Positions 1 through 9,462 of a stretch of DNA of 64,000 nucleotides are shown piece by piece. The notes beneath the pieces were generated by a model. It made no database searches and was not told the origin of the DNA. It saw nothing but the letters and a program-made list of their open reading frames with translations. Source of the DNA: Promethearchaeota archaeon (GTDB taxonomy: Archaea; Asgardarchaeota; Hermodarchaeia; Hermodarchaeales; Hermodarchaeaceae); assembly GCA_048939625.1 (NCBI GenBank), contig JBHLPH010000008.1:1-64000 (forward strand), written 5' to 3'. Each line of letters starts with the position of its first letter. The first letter of the stretch is position 1. Position numbers and translations under genes: made by a program.

Positions 1-54
1 CTCAGATTACATTGAATCTGAAGCTTAAATCGGATTGCATGAGGTTGGATAGTT

Positions 55-129
55 AATCAGGTCATAAAAAATCATAAGACTCTCTTATGTCCAAGCTCCA
101 ATTGACAAAATTGGCTATCCTCATATCTT
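55..129. repeat. Imperfect direct repeat, copy 1 (~75 bp; 45-bp core 85-129)
   Basis: Core TTATGTCCAAGCTCCAATTGACAAAATTGGCTATCCTCATATCTT matches 1019-1063 at 39/45 positions; AATCAGGT is also shared at the same 934-bp offset. Confidence 0.85.
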
Positions 130-133
130 GTGT

Positions 134-856
134 TTACGCTTCAACAGTTTCTCTTGTTGCCAGTCGACTTTTAACGGGAATAATCAGTTCAGGCTGTTGA
201 GCTACTGGTGTAGTGACAATTTGCAATACTTTCCAAAAAACCCATCCGACAAGACAAAACAGTCCTAAGTAAACAACTTCTAACGTGACACCAATAGCGA
301 TGGAAACTGGTCCGAGCATTATCAGTCTTATATTAATCGGAATTAAGAATGGAAAAACCAGTAAGAGGAGAGTTATGAGAAATATGGTAAATCGTTTAGC
401 CCGGCGTCGTGCGCAGTCCTGACAGGCGACTCCGTCAAATCCGAACATACCCGGGGAAATACCCCAAACTTTGTGTTGTATACGAACGAGCTCTTGTGGA
501 CAGGCAACCGCTCCACAGATGGCGCACCAATCATAAGCAAGTTGATCTGGATGACGTTCACATGAGCTAGCTTCTGGAAAAGGGTCATTATGAATGGATT
601 GGGATTCGTAGATAAGAAACACTGCACTAATGATGATAAATACTCCACACCCGGTCGTATAAAGAAGGTACATTAAATCTAAAAGTGGAAATATTGGGAC
701 ATAATGAAAAGTGAAAAAAGATTGGATTCCAAGAAATATGATTACGCACCCCATTAAAATCCAGAATATTGCCAAGATTTGATATGGTTTGTTTGTGCTT
801 AAGACCCATAATGTTGGAGTACCTTCACTCTGGATTTCCCTCATCGTTGTATCCAC
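134..856 (-). CDS. Membrane protein with central B-box-like Zn finger
   Basis: Two N-terminal and two C-terminal hydrophobic helices flank CERHPDQLAYDWCAICGAVACPQE...CQDC. Confidence 0.65.
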   Translation of the reverse strand: MDTTMREIQSEGTPTLWVLSTNKPYQILAIFWILMGCVIIFLGIQSFFTFHYVPIFPLLDLMYLLYTTGCGVFIIISAVFLIYESQSIHNDPFPEASSCERHPDQLAYDWCAICGAVACPQELVRIQHKVWGISPGMFGFDGVACQDCARRRAKRFTIFLITLLLLVFPFLIPINIRLIMLGPVSIAIGVTLEVVYLGLFCLVGWVFWKVLQIVTTPVAQQPELIIPVKSRLATRETVEA

Positions 857-988
857 CGTGGTTATTATAAGAGTTCCAAAATAAAAACCTAGGCAATCAC
901 TACTCGTGTAAAAAATACTAGTTATAATTTGAGATGCTCAATTAAGCTTCACCTAGATGACAGAAAATTCGAGTGAAATGAGGAGAGA

Positions 989-1063
989 AATCAGGTTAAG
1001 AAGAATCCTAGCAATATTTTATGTCCAAACTAATATTGACAAATCTGGCTATCCTCATATCTT
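989..1063. repeat. Imperfect direct repeat, copy 2
   Basis: TTATGTCCAAACTAATATTGACAAATCTGGCTATCCTCATATCTT at 1019-1063; see copy 1. Confidence 0.85.
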
Positions 1064-1087
1064 TTTAAAGATTTAACAGCACTATTT

Positions 1088-1933
1088 TTGGTGATTTTTT
1101 TGAGTAAGAAAGTAAAATTCGGCATATATATTGCTAACCATGGAATTACAAGTAATCCTCAAGATTATATCAGATTAGCAAAGAGTGGGGAAGAATATGG
1201 ATGGGATGGATTCTTCTTATGGGATCATGTTTTCCTACCGTGGGCACCAGACCAAGATGTATTGGATCCATGGATTATATTGTCTGCGATAGCTACTCAC
1301 ACGAATAATATCTCTATTGGTATAACAGTGACACCTTTAGCAAGAAGAAGGCCAATGATAGTGGCACGAGAAGCAACCACAATCGATAGACTTTCTAGTG
1401 GAAGATTTATTCTTGGTGTGGGATTAGGAGGGACAGCAGAACTAAAAGCTCTAGGTGAAGAGGAGGACCCTAAGATTAGAGGAGATATGCTTGATGAATC
1501 TTTAATAATTCTAAAAGGTTTGTGGTCTGGAAAGCCCTTTGCTTTTGATGGAAAACACTTCACAATAAAAGAACCAGTTAAATTTCAACCAGAAGGTAAA
1601 ATAAAGATCTGGGTCGGAGGTGAATGGCCAAACAAAAAACCATTTCGACGGGCTGCTAAATATGATGGCATTTTTCCATTGAAAGCTGGATCTGATCCCT
1701 CGTTATATCCTCAAGATTATCAAGAAATTTTGCGTTATATTAGTACGTATAGGACATCTCTGGACTCATTTGATGTTGTAAAAAGTATAATAACCGTTGG
1801 AGACAAAGAGGAAGACGCTTATATCCATGACTTCATGGACATTGGTGTTAATTGGTTATTAGAGGCTTTCTGGTCAGAACGGTGTTCTTTGAAAGAAATT
1901 CAAAAAATTATTGAACGAGGTCCTCCAGAATAA
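1088..1933 (+). CDS. LLM-class (luciferase-like) flavin/F420-dependent oxidoreductase
   Basis: GWDGFFLWDH, DPWIILSAIA, TPLARRRP, GRFILGVGLG, IWVGG motifs. Confidence 0.9.
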   Translation: MVIFLSKKVKFGIYIANHGITSNPQDYIRLAKSGEEYGWDGFFLWDHVFLPWAPDQDVLDPWIILSAIATHTNNISIGITVTPLARRRPMIVAREATTIDRLSSGRFILGVGLGGTAELKALGEEEDPKIRGDMLDESLIILKGLWSGKPFAFDGKHFTIKEPVKFQPEGKIKIWVGGEWPNKKPFRRAAKYDGIFPLKAGSDPSLYPQDYQEILRYISTYRTSLDSFDVVKSIITVGDKEEDAYIHDFMDIGVNWLLEAFWSERCSLKEIQKIIERGPPE

Positions 1934-2287
1934 TTTTGGAAAGACAAATTAAAATACATTGATGGCTTCAAACTAATATTTTACGACAAATATCAATAAG
2001 AATTTCTGGATAAACCTATTATGACATTTTTTGACTGATAATTGAAACTAGTATTATACTCTGATATCATAAGGCTCGAAAGATCAATTTGATTAGGCTT
2101 AATCTTTCAAAAGGAGAGAGACCACCCTGTACTACAAGAATCAGTCTTTCTACATTTTTATCTAGCTGTGACAATAGACTCTTTTTTATTTTTGAAACAT
2201 GTGTCGATTTGGTTGTTTGGTTATAGCATCCAGAAAACAGCCACAAACATATTTGCAATGCATCTCTTACAATCCGAAATTATATAG

Positions 2288-3139
2288 TTAATCCCAGAAC
2301 CACAGTTCAAAAAAAATACGGTCTATGACATAGAGCATTAACACAAAAGTCATTGAAGAGACTATGATTATGAAGAATAGTGAGACCAGTCTCTCAGAGG
2401 GCACGAATGTACTAATCAAAAAAATAAAACCATAGAAGAGCATGAGCTCCTTTGCAAAGGCTATTTGGATACCGGAGAAGAGGGATGTTGATATGAATAT
2501 GAAAAAGGCAAAGAGGCATGCAGTTCTTTTTCCAAAAACAACAGCAAATGTCCTTTCACCTACCTCCTTATCGAAACTGTAGTCCATAACTGTACTGAAT
2601 GCATGTAGACCTATTATACAGGCAATCACGAAATAACCCTTCAATGGGTATTCAAGCAGTGTCCCACCAAAACTAAATCCAAGCAAGGTAACACCATACA
2701 CGATGATACCATTCGAAATGGAGTCAAAAGGGGGCTTTTCCTTAAATCTAATTGGTGGTGCGGAGTAAAAATAGGAGAAAAAGAGCAGTATGAGCATAGC
2801 AAGGATATTTGTGAGATTCAGTGTTATGAGTGACGACAACACCAACATCACTACAACTGCGAATGAAATTCTCTTAACAAGGGCATGATCCTTTGGCTCT
2901 AGCCTTGTACTGAGAAGCGATTCTTTTCTGGGATTTATCTTGTCAGACTCATAGTCATAGATGTCATTGATCCCGTACAAGAAGATACAGTATGGGAATG
3001 ATAATAACGCCATTTGTAAAAGAAGCAAAGGAACCAACCCTGCCCCAGACAGGAAAGAAAATGCCAAAAAGCCCAATTGTGCAGGAATCCAACCAAGGGG
3101 CCTACTTGTCTTTATCAACAGTAAGAATTTGCCCTTCAC
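2288..3139 (-). CDS. UbiA-family prenyltransferase (LyeJ/lycopene elongase-like)
   Basis: SRP at N-terminus, Asp-rich YGINDIYDYESDKINPRK, YSAPPIRFKE, DYSFDKEVGERT; multi-TM. Confidence 0.85.
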   Translation of the reverse strand: MKGKFLLLIKTSRPLGWIPAQLGFLAFSFLSGAGLVPLLLLQMALLSFPYCIFLYGINDIYDYESDKINPRKESLLSTRLEPKDHALVKRISFAVVVMLVLSSLITLNLTNILAMLILLFFSYFYSAPPIRFKEKPPFDSISNGIIVYGVTLLGFSFGGTLLEYPLKGYFVIACIIGLHAFSTVMDYSFDKEVGERTFAVVFGKRTACLFAFFIFISTSLFSGIQIAFAKELMLFYGFIFLISTFVPSERLVSLFFIIIVSSMTFVLMLYVIDRIFFELWFWD

Positions 3140-3434
3140 AAGATAGTATTAAGGTTTTCACTTAATAAATTCTTAATATCTATTGTTGTTATCATCAAGG
3201 AGTGGTATCTGACGCGGTAACTAATCGTTATCCTTCAAGGGAATCAGTTGCTTCGTAACCACTTTGACCACATTGTCATCAGGAACTGAGGAATGCAAGA
3301 TAGATCACATTCAGCTCTTTTCAGAGGACCTTGACTAAACCTCATAAAACCTACTTAAATTACAAATTTACTCGAAAACATTTAGTTTCCTGTCGAACTT
3401 GTAATGCGTATTCTCCGGGTTGTTTGAGATTTAG

Positions 3435-3767
3435 TTACTTTGCGATAATTGAATTTTTAGGATTGAAAATAAGTACTAATCCAGATGTCTCAATACCATC
3501 TACACGAACAGGAACATTAGTTAATTGGAGGATATCTTCGGTTTTTAGAACTTCAAATGGTTCTACGCCCTCCCGAAGGGTATATGCATCTTTTACCACT
3601 GCCAAAGCTTTCTTTTTTCCCACACCCAGGATACTCGCTAGCGTTGCAACTTGTGCGTTTAGAATGATTTTAATTGCAGCCTGTTCTGATCCAAAGATAT
3701 CAACGAGGTTCTTCGCAAGCGTGGCTCCAATTCCAGGAATCTGATTGAGTTGGTCAATCTCAGGCAA
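3435..3767 (-). pseudogene. Tandem HhH protein, probably the truncated N-terminus of an archaeal MutS-like (MutS5-type) gene
   Basis: IPGIGATLAKNLVDIFGSEQAA and ILGVGKKKA HhH motifs followed by EGV...LKTED, as recalled for MutS5 N-termini; ORF ends after 110 aa with an unrelated-looking tail running into AT-rich DNA. Confidence 0.55.
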
Positions 3768-3911
3768 TCACGGTCTTCCATCGATTTACATGCAATTTCA
3801 GATACTATATTTAGCCTTCACTCAGCCTTTTACCATCATTAGGCATGGCTTTTTAAGGACTTAATGATTTGTGAGGTTTTACATCCAAACGGGTGAGGTG
3901 ATCAATCAACT

Positions 3912-5324
3912 TTGATTATTCAGCTTCTCTTCTTGGGAATTATTGGGCTACTGGCAACGTTTTCTATTACCTTTCTAGTGATGCCCCGAATCATTGCTTT
4001 CATGCGAAGGCGCGGTATTGTTGGTGTCGATGTTCATAAGCTACACAAACCAGAAGTACCTGAGATGGGGGGAGTAGGGCTAATAATCGGCGTTACAGGT
4101 GGATGTATACTTCTATTTTTGGGTTCTGGATTCCTAGGTTTTGGTTTACCCGATTATCGCATTCTAATTTTTCTTTCAGTGATTTTACTAGCAGGGCTTG
4201 TGGGAGCCGTTGACGATTTAAGACCTCTGGGTGCAAAGACTAAAACGCTTTTAACAGCTGCCACTTCCCTTCCCATACTCCTTTCAAGCTGGATTATTGT
4301 GGGGCTAGGCATGTCTCCCCCATTGGAAACTGCCTATAATCCTCAACCTCGTTTCCCCTTTCTTGGTCAAACCCGGTTTACCATTATTTATCCGCTTATG
4401 ATTCCTCTTGTTGTGGCTGTGCCGGCGAACGCTGTGAATATGATCGATGTCTTCAATGGTGTAATGCCAATTGCAACAATTCTCATTTTTATTGGAATGC
4501 TCATTGCTTCTCTGTTAACCGTATCTGTGGGTGTTCCGGGATCAGAATTGGGAATTCTTCTCTCCTGTGTCATGATTGGAGGACTTTTTGCCTACTTCCT
4601 CTTTAACCGAAATCCCGCTCAGGTCTTTGGTGGGGACTCAGGTTCCCTATTTATTGGCACTGCAATCGGTGCACTAGCGATTATGGGGCGAATAGAACTT
4701 GTCACGATGATTGCGCTATTTCCTGCAATCATGAACGCATTTTCGAGTCTAATGAGTATTGGCGGTCTCCTCGAACGACGAAAAATAAAAGGGAGACCAA
4801 CAATTTTTCAAGCTGATGGCACTCTAGCAGCATCTCTTGATCCTCACGCTCCACTTACCTTAACAAGACTTGTTCTTGCCCGAGGTCCCTTAACTGAGAA
4901 GCAGATAGCCCTTTCTCTCGCTGTATTGTCCCTGGCAGGTAGTTCCCTTGCGGTTATGACATTTTTTCTAATACCCTTTGAAGAAATAGGATTTCTGATT
5001 CCCTGGCCATTTACCCTGCTGTTAACGGTGATACCTGTGTTGTTAATTTTAGGAGTGTATTTGACACTACGCACTAATGATCAATTAGGTATCCGCTTGG
5101 TGGGAATCATAGGATTAATGGTGGAAGTTTGGGTCGTCTTGATGGCCGGCTTCGCTGCGCTTGATTTTCTAATTCAGATTCCTATTCCATTCGGGAATAT
5201 CATTAGCCCTATTTTTGGAGCTGTATATGTTCTCGCTTGGCTTGCTCTTTGGTACCTTACCACGCGACTAGTCTTCAATTATGAAGTTCGAATCGGAATA
5301 TCTTCTACTGTGAAGCCTTCCTAG
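3912..5324 (+). CDS. UDP-GlcNAc:dolichyl-phosphate GlcNAc-1-P transferase (GPT/DPAGT1/AglH, MraY family) with extra C-terminal TM helices
   Basis: GVDVHK...VPEMGG, GAVDD, NAVNMIDVFNG, FNRNPAQVFGGDSG motifs; SD GAGGTGA upstream. Confidence 0.88.
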   Translation: MIIQLLFLGIIGLLATFSITFLVMPRIIAFMRRRGIVGVDVHKLHKPEVPEMGGVGLIIGVTGGCILLFLGSGFLGFGLPDYRILIFLSVILLAGLVGAVDDLRPLGAKTKTLLTAATSLPILLSSWIIVGLGMSPPLETAYNPQPRFPFLGQTRFTIIYPLMIPLVVAVPANAVNMIDVFNGVMPIATILIFIGMLIASLLTVSVGVPGSELGILLSCVMIGGLFAYFLFNRNPAQVFGGDSGSLFIGTAIGALAIMGRIELVTMIALFPAIMNAFSSLMSIGGLLERRKIKGRPTIFQADGTLAASLDPHAPLTLTRLVLARGPLTEKQIALSLAVLSLAGSSLAVMTFFLIPFEEIGFLIPWPFTLLLTVIPVLLILGVYLTLRTNDQLGIRLVGIIGLMVEVWVVLMAGFAALDFLIQIPIPFGNIISPIFGAVYVLAWLALWYLTTRLVFNYEVRIGISSTVKPS

Positions 5325-5579
5325 CTTTGCCTTGGCCTCAGCGTTATTCAAAACTCTGTTAAAAAATGGCTGCAATACCTTCAATAGCTGAATAACTCGG
5401 TCGATAGACATACCCTGGTTCTTTTCTAGTTCTTTCAAGTGTGGTCCAGATCAAAAAAACCACTTGTGACCCATCGGCAATTGTACCTCGAACGGGAAAT
5501 CACAAATCTGGAAGAACAATTGAAGTTCAGAGAATATTAGGGCGAGCCCGAAGGGAAGTATAGTAAGTCACTTGGACAA

Positions 5580-6722
5580 CTAATCAATCCTAATGTCTTC
5601 TTCTTTGAGAAGATATTCCTCTAATTTGTCTCGGGCTTTTTCACGCCGTTTCTGGTGTTCGGTGAGATATTTCGTGGCTATATCAATGCAGATGTTTTTA
5701 CATTCGCCGCAGAGCATATCGCCACTCCGGCAGCGCTGTTCAAGGTCCTTCAATTTGTCTTGTTGGGGAATGAAGACTAACTGATAATTAGCGAAGATTG
5801 AGCAGATTTCGGGTTGTCCGCCCAGTTTCCGTTGTTCAGCGGCATTTCCTCGACCTCCAGTGAAGGCATTTTGCAGTTTCTTCTTGATTACCTTTGGAGG
5901 ATCCACAGTAAAGAGAGCGGAATCTGGATCAGAGGCTGACATTTTTCCACCCTGTTGTAATCCGCGGAGAAACATGGAATGCAAGATGCCGGGTTTCAAG
6001 TATCCGAGTTTGGGTAGCACATCCCGGGCAGCTCTGAAATGAGCATCTTGGTCAATTGCAAGAGGAATCACGCAGGGGACATTGTGTCCAACCCTGACAG
6101 AATGTAAGAAGGCAGGGACGGCTTGGAAGCTGGTGAAGAAGATCGAACCGATGTTGTTGGAATTCGTGAACCCAAAGATGGCTTTCGTAGTAGAGAAAGT
6201 GATGCGCTTTGCCACTTGAATGGCAAGAGGATAAATTGTTCGTGAATGGAGGGAATCGATGATGATGTGGGTGTTTTTGGGATCGAAGCCTGTCGCTATG
6301 AGATCAAGGGCATTCTCCTTGGCGTAGTAGCGAGCTTTTTCGAGGTCAAGCTCGGGTTTGAAGAGGAATTTCTCGTCGTCAGTGAGTTGGAAGTAGTAGG
6401 GACACTTGAACTTGTCTTGCATCCATTTAGTGAAGATGAACTGCGTGAGATGTCCAATGTGGGTGTGACCACTGGGTCCCCGTCCATTGTAGAGGTAGAA
6501 GGGATTGCCTTTCTCGTATTCATCGAAGATGAAGTTCATGTCCCTGTGACTGAAGTAAATCCCACGGGTAAGGAGATAGTGAAGCTCTCCTGTATATTTC
6601 TTGAATCGGGCTAGGAGTTTATCGTCGATGAGTTCGGTGCCAAATTGCTTGACGAGCTTAGCGTAATCCACATCGCCTTTAACTTCCCATGGGGTTACAA
6701 CGAATTCTTCATTTCGGGGCAT
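5580..6722 (-). CDS. trpS: Tryptophan--tRNA ligase (archaeal/eukaryotic type)
   Basis: VTPWEV, GRGPSGHTHIGH (HIGH), QLTDDEKFL, AIDQD, KMSAS, C-terminal CGECK. Confidence 0.97.
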   Translation of the reverse strand: MPRNEEFVVTPWEVKGDVDYAKLVKQFGTELIDDKLLARFKKYTGELHYLLTRGIYFSHRDMNFIFDEYEKGNPFYLYNGRGPSGHTHIGHLTQFIFTKWMQDKFKCPYYFQLTDDEKFLFKPELDLEKARYYAKENALDLIATGFDPKNTHIIIDSLHSRTIYPLAIQVAKRITFSTTKAIFGFTNSNNIGSIFFTSFQAVPAFLHSVRVGHNVPCVIPLAIDQDAHFRAARDVLPKLGYLKPGILHSMFLRGLQQGGKMSASDPDSALFTVDPPKVIKKKLQNAFTGGRGNAAEQRKLGGQPEICSIFANYQLVFIPQQDKLKDLEQRCRSGDMLCGECKNICIDIATKYLTEHQKRREKARDKLEEYLLKEEDIRID

Positions 6723-7026
6723 GAGTCTCAGCTCCAGTTTTTAGTTGTTCAACGGCACCCTGGCTCTTCTTGCTTTGACATGTTAATTCTGTTAGGTCCG
6801 TACCAGTTAAGTCCTTAAAAGTTGAAGCGGTCGTCGAACTAAGAGGGGACATAGAAGAGAACAGGTTATGGATTTGGCCAAAAACAATCGCCTTTCATCC
6901 TTAACGACCAGCGTCCACTTTTCTCCTGTGCTATTTAAATCATCTGATAACCAGACTACCACTTCAGACCTACGTATACTGGCAAAAGAAAGCAAGGCTT
7001 TTTTAGACAGATTCTAACTAACAGGT

Positions 7027-8094
7027 GTGAGGGCTTGCCCCTCGGAGGGAATACAAATTACAACTCCTGAAAAAACAGAATATGTTCCTTTAGAATTTGG
7101 TAGCGTGCTTGGCACTTCACTCCGCTATTGGTGGAAAAATCTCAAATCCTATTGGTCCTTATACTTTAGCCTTCAACTTGTAATAATCACTATCGCCTAC
7201 GGGGCATTCTTCCTTTCCGGTGGTGATTTTACAGTTGCACAAATGGCCGGAAACCTCGGTGCATTAATTCCCTTTTGGCTGATCACCTCTTTCTTTCTTA
7301 CTCCCCTATCGCTTGGCCTCACGATTGTATTGGTTGTGATTATAATCTTTCAACTGATTCTTCAAGTCATTCTTGGAGGAATGGTAATCCACTCCACAGC
7401 ATTGCATCATGCAAAACTAGCTCCAACCTTGGGTGGAAGTTATGAACACGCCCGAAGCCATTTCTGGTCACTTCTCGGCGCTCAAATCCTGCTCGTCATC
7501 ATCATCGTCGGAATAGGTCTCGGTTCTGGGCTCCTTATCGTCCTCCTTAGCGCCGGATTTCTTTTAGTCATGGGCTTCTTTGGGATGTTCATTGGCTTGA
7601 TTCTTGCATTAGTAGTTATGATTATCCTCATTGTCTATGTGACCGTTCGTCTAACCGTGGCAATACCCTCTGTGATTCTCGGTGGAGAAGGGGCGGTTGG
7701 AAGCATCAGCCGGAGTTGGCAATTAACTGGTGGTAACTTCTGGCGAATCATTGCAATTATTATAGTTATTGTCATAATTTCCTTTGCTATCGGAATTCCT
7801 ACCTCGATTGCGTCTTCGGTAATCTATTTCGGACTTTTCAATCCAACTCTAACCATTGTTGGAATTATCACCCATACAATTGTCAGTGCCGTAATCGTAG
7901 GATTCACTACTCCACTCGGAAATACAACCTCAACCATGATTTACCATGATTTGATGGGGCGCCAATATGGAGGATATCAACCAGGTGTACCAAAACGTAT
8001 TCACACCTACACAGAATGTCCAGTATGCAAACGACCAGTAAGCCCTGATGAGCGATTCTGTGGGCAATGCGGTCGCGAACTCGACATCGACTAG
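7027..8094 (+). CDS. Polytopic membrane protein (GDPD-membrane-domain-like) with C-terminal zinc ribbon
   Basis: Multiple TMs, SISRSWQLTGGNFWRI motif, CPVC...FCGQCG at C-terminus. Confidence 0.7.
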   Translation: MRACPSEGIQITTPEKTEYVPLEFGSVLGTSLRYWWKNLKSYWSLYFSLQLVIITIAYGAFFLSGGDFTVAQMAGNLGALIPFWLITSFFLTPLSLGLTIVLVVIIIFQLILQVILGGMVIHSTALHHAKLAPTLGGSYEHARSHFWSLLGAQILLVIIIVGIGLGSGLLIVLLSAGFLLVMGFFGMFIGLILALVVMIILIVYVTVRLTVAIPSVILGGEGAVGSISRSWQLTGGNFWRIIAIIIVIVIISFAIGIPTSIASSVIYFGLFNPTLTIVGIITHTIVSAVIVGFTTPLGNTTSTMIYHDLMGRQYGGYQPGVPKRIHTYTECPVCKRPVSPDERFCGQCGRELDID

Positions 8095-8170
8095 CTATAG
8101 TGTCACTATCGCATAAGAAACCGTTCAATGGCTCCATGTATCACACAGTTGGAAGCTACACTGAATTGGA

Positions 8171-8186
8171 AAAAAGGTTTAAATTC
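8171..8186 (+). promoter_or_regulatory. BRE/TATA-like promoter of tRNA-Trp
   Basis: AAAAAGGTTTAAAT about 35-45 nt upstream of the mature tRNA 5' end. Confidence 0.5.
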
Positions 8187-8217
8187 CCCACTACTAACCA
8201 TAGGCGGGTCTGTCTCA

Positions 8218-8362
8218 GGGGTCATGGCCTAACCAGGTATGGCAACGGGCTCCAGAAGAAGCCACCAGACAGACGAACTGACCGGAAATCCGGGATGACG
8301 ATGTTCTGGAGCGACCTGGCGAAACCCGTAGGTTCTGGGTTCAAATCCCAGTGACCCCACCA
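8218..8362 (+). tRNA. trnW: tRNA-Trp(CCA) with a ~68-nt intron at 37/38 (8256-8323); 3' CCA encoded
   Basis: Acceptor GGGGTCA/TGACCCC, anticodon stem ACGGG/CCCGT with loop CT-CCA-G, T-arm CTGGG-TTCAAAT-CCCAG, ends ACCA followed by a T-run. Confidence 0.93.
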
Positions 8363-8478
8363 TTTTATTTTGGATAGTAAAACCATTAGCTACTTAATCG
8401 CGAATTTACTTTTTTGCTTCTCCCTCTGGAGCCCTATGCCCTACTATCTTTTTTAGGTTATAAAGGCTAAAGGATGAT

Positions 8479-9411
8479 TTGACAACGGAGGCTATATTGA
8501 TGGTATTTTTTGATCCAGCCATTATCATCTTTCTGCAGTCGATTCTGCCTTACGTCTGTTGGGAAGTATTGAATCTTTTGGGGGATCCGGTAATCTACGT
8601 TGTTCTTCTGGGGATTGCCTTCTGGTGTGTGAATAAGCGAGAAGGGAAGATTGCGATAATGCTTGTAATGTTTTCTAATTTCATCAACATTGTCCTAAAG
8701 TATGCATTCGGGATGCCGCGTCCATCATCCTCGCTACGACAAGGGGAAAATGCAACTGATCAATCCTATGGATTCCCGAGTGGCGCTACGCAGACTGCAA
8801 CGACCTTCTGGGGTTGGGCATCACTGCGGTTACGCCGGTGGTGGGTTGCCATTGTGGGCACTATTTTTGTTATCATCACAGCTCTAGCCCGGATGGGCCT
8901 AGGCATGCACTTTCTGGGAGATGTCATCGGAGGAATAATTGTAGCTGCAATTCTTCTCATCTGGGCATACTTCCTAGTCCCCTATTTTGAACCGCGGTGG
9001 AAACGGATGCCAAATTTCCTTCAAGACTGGTTATTACCCCTGATTGGGTTAGTTTTTTTCTTCGTCTTTTTCATCGCTTACGCCTTCGGAGTACCCTTTT
9101 TTCCCACAGAGAATATCGCGATTTCTATGGGTATTGTCGTTGGCTTTAGCATAGGTTTGGTTTTGGAAAAACACTATGTGAATTTTGAAATCAATGTCAA
9201 ACAAAGCATCAAAATAATCAGAGCAATTTTAGGCGTCATAATCGCTTTTCTCATTTATTTCATATTATCGATTGCTTTCTCATTCCTTCCTACGCTTCCT
9301 CTCCTTGAATATTCAGCTCGCTTCATCCGGTATCTGCTCGTTGGGTTGTTTGGGGCATTTCTTGTACCACTTCTATTCACAAGAATTGAAAAATGGAGAG
9401 GTCTCTCCTAG
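8479..9411 (+). CDS. PAP2-family membrane phosphatase
   Basis: KYAFGMPRP, YGFPSG, ARMGLGMHFLGDV motifs (the PSGH His is replaced by Ala). Confidence 0.85.
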   Translation: MTTEAILMVFFDPAIIIFLQSILPYVCWEVLNLLGDPVIYVVLLGIAFWCVNKREGKIAIMLVMFSNFINIVLKYAFGMPRPSSSLRQGENATDQSYGFPSGATQTATTFWGWASLRLRRWWVAIVGTIFVIITALARMGLGMHFLGDVIGGIIVAAILLIWAYFLVPYFEPRWKRMPNFLQDWLLPLIGLVFFFVFFIAYAFGVPFFPTENIAISMGIVVGFSIGLVLEKHYVNFEINVKQSIKIIRAILGVIIAFLIYFILSIAFSFLPTLPLLEYSARFIRYLLVGLFGAFLVPLLFTRIEKWRGLS

Positions 9412-9462
9412 CGAATATTGTACCTTCAGTATCAAGAAGACAAATACTCAGTTTCAATGTGC

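Noticed and set aside
55-1063. CRISPR array or coding duplication as explanation for the repeats
   Set aside because: Only two full copies, 934 bp apart; the shared frame (YVQ..IDK.GYPHI) has an upstream stop in copy 1 and the differences are non-synonymous
5325-5530. Possible gene remnant on the - strand (…HLKELEKNQGMSIDRVIQLLKVLQPFF…)
   Set aside because: No credible start or recognisable family; too short to support
6807-6995. Trp-containing leader ORF upstream of trpS
   Set aside because: TTG start without SD, Trp codons not tandem, no attenuator structure seen
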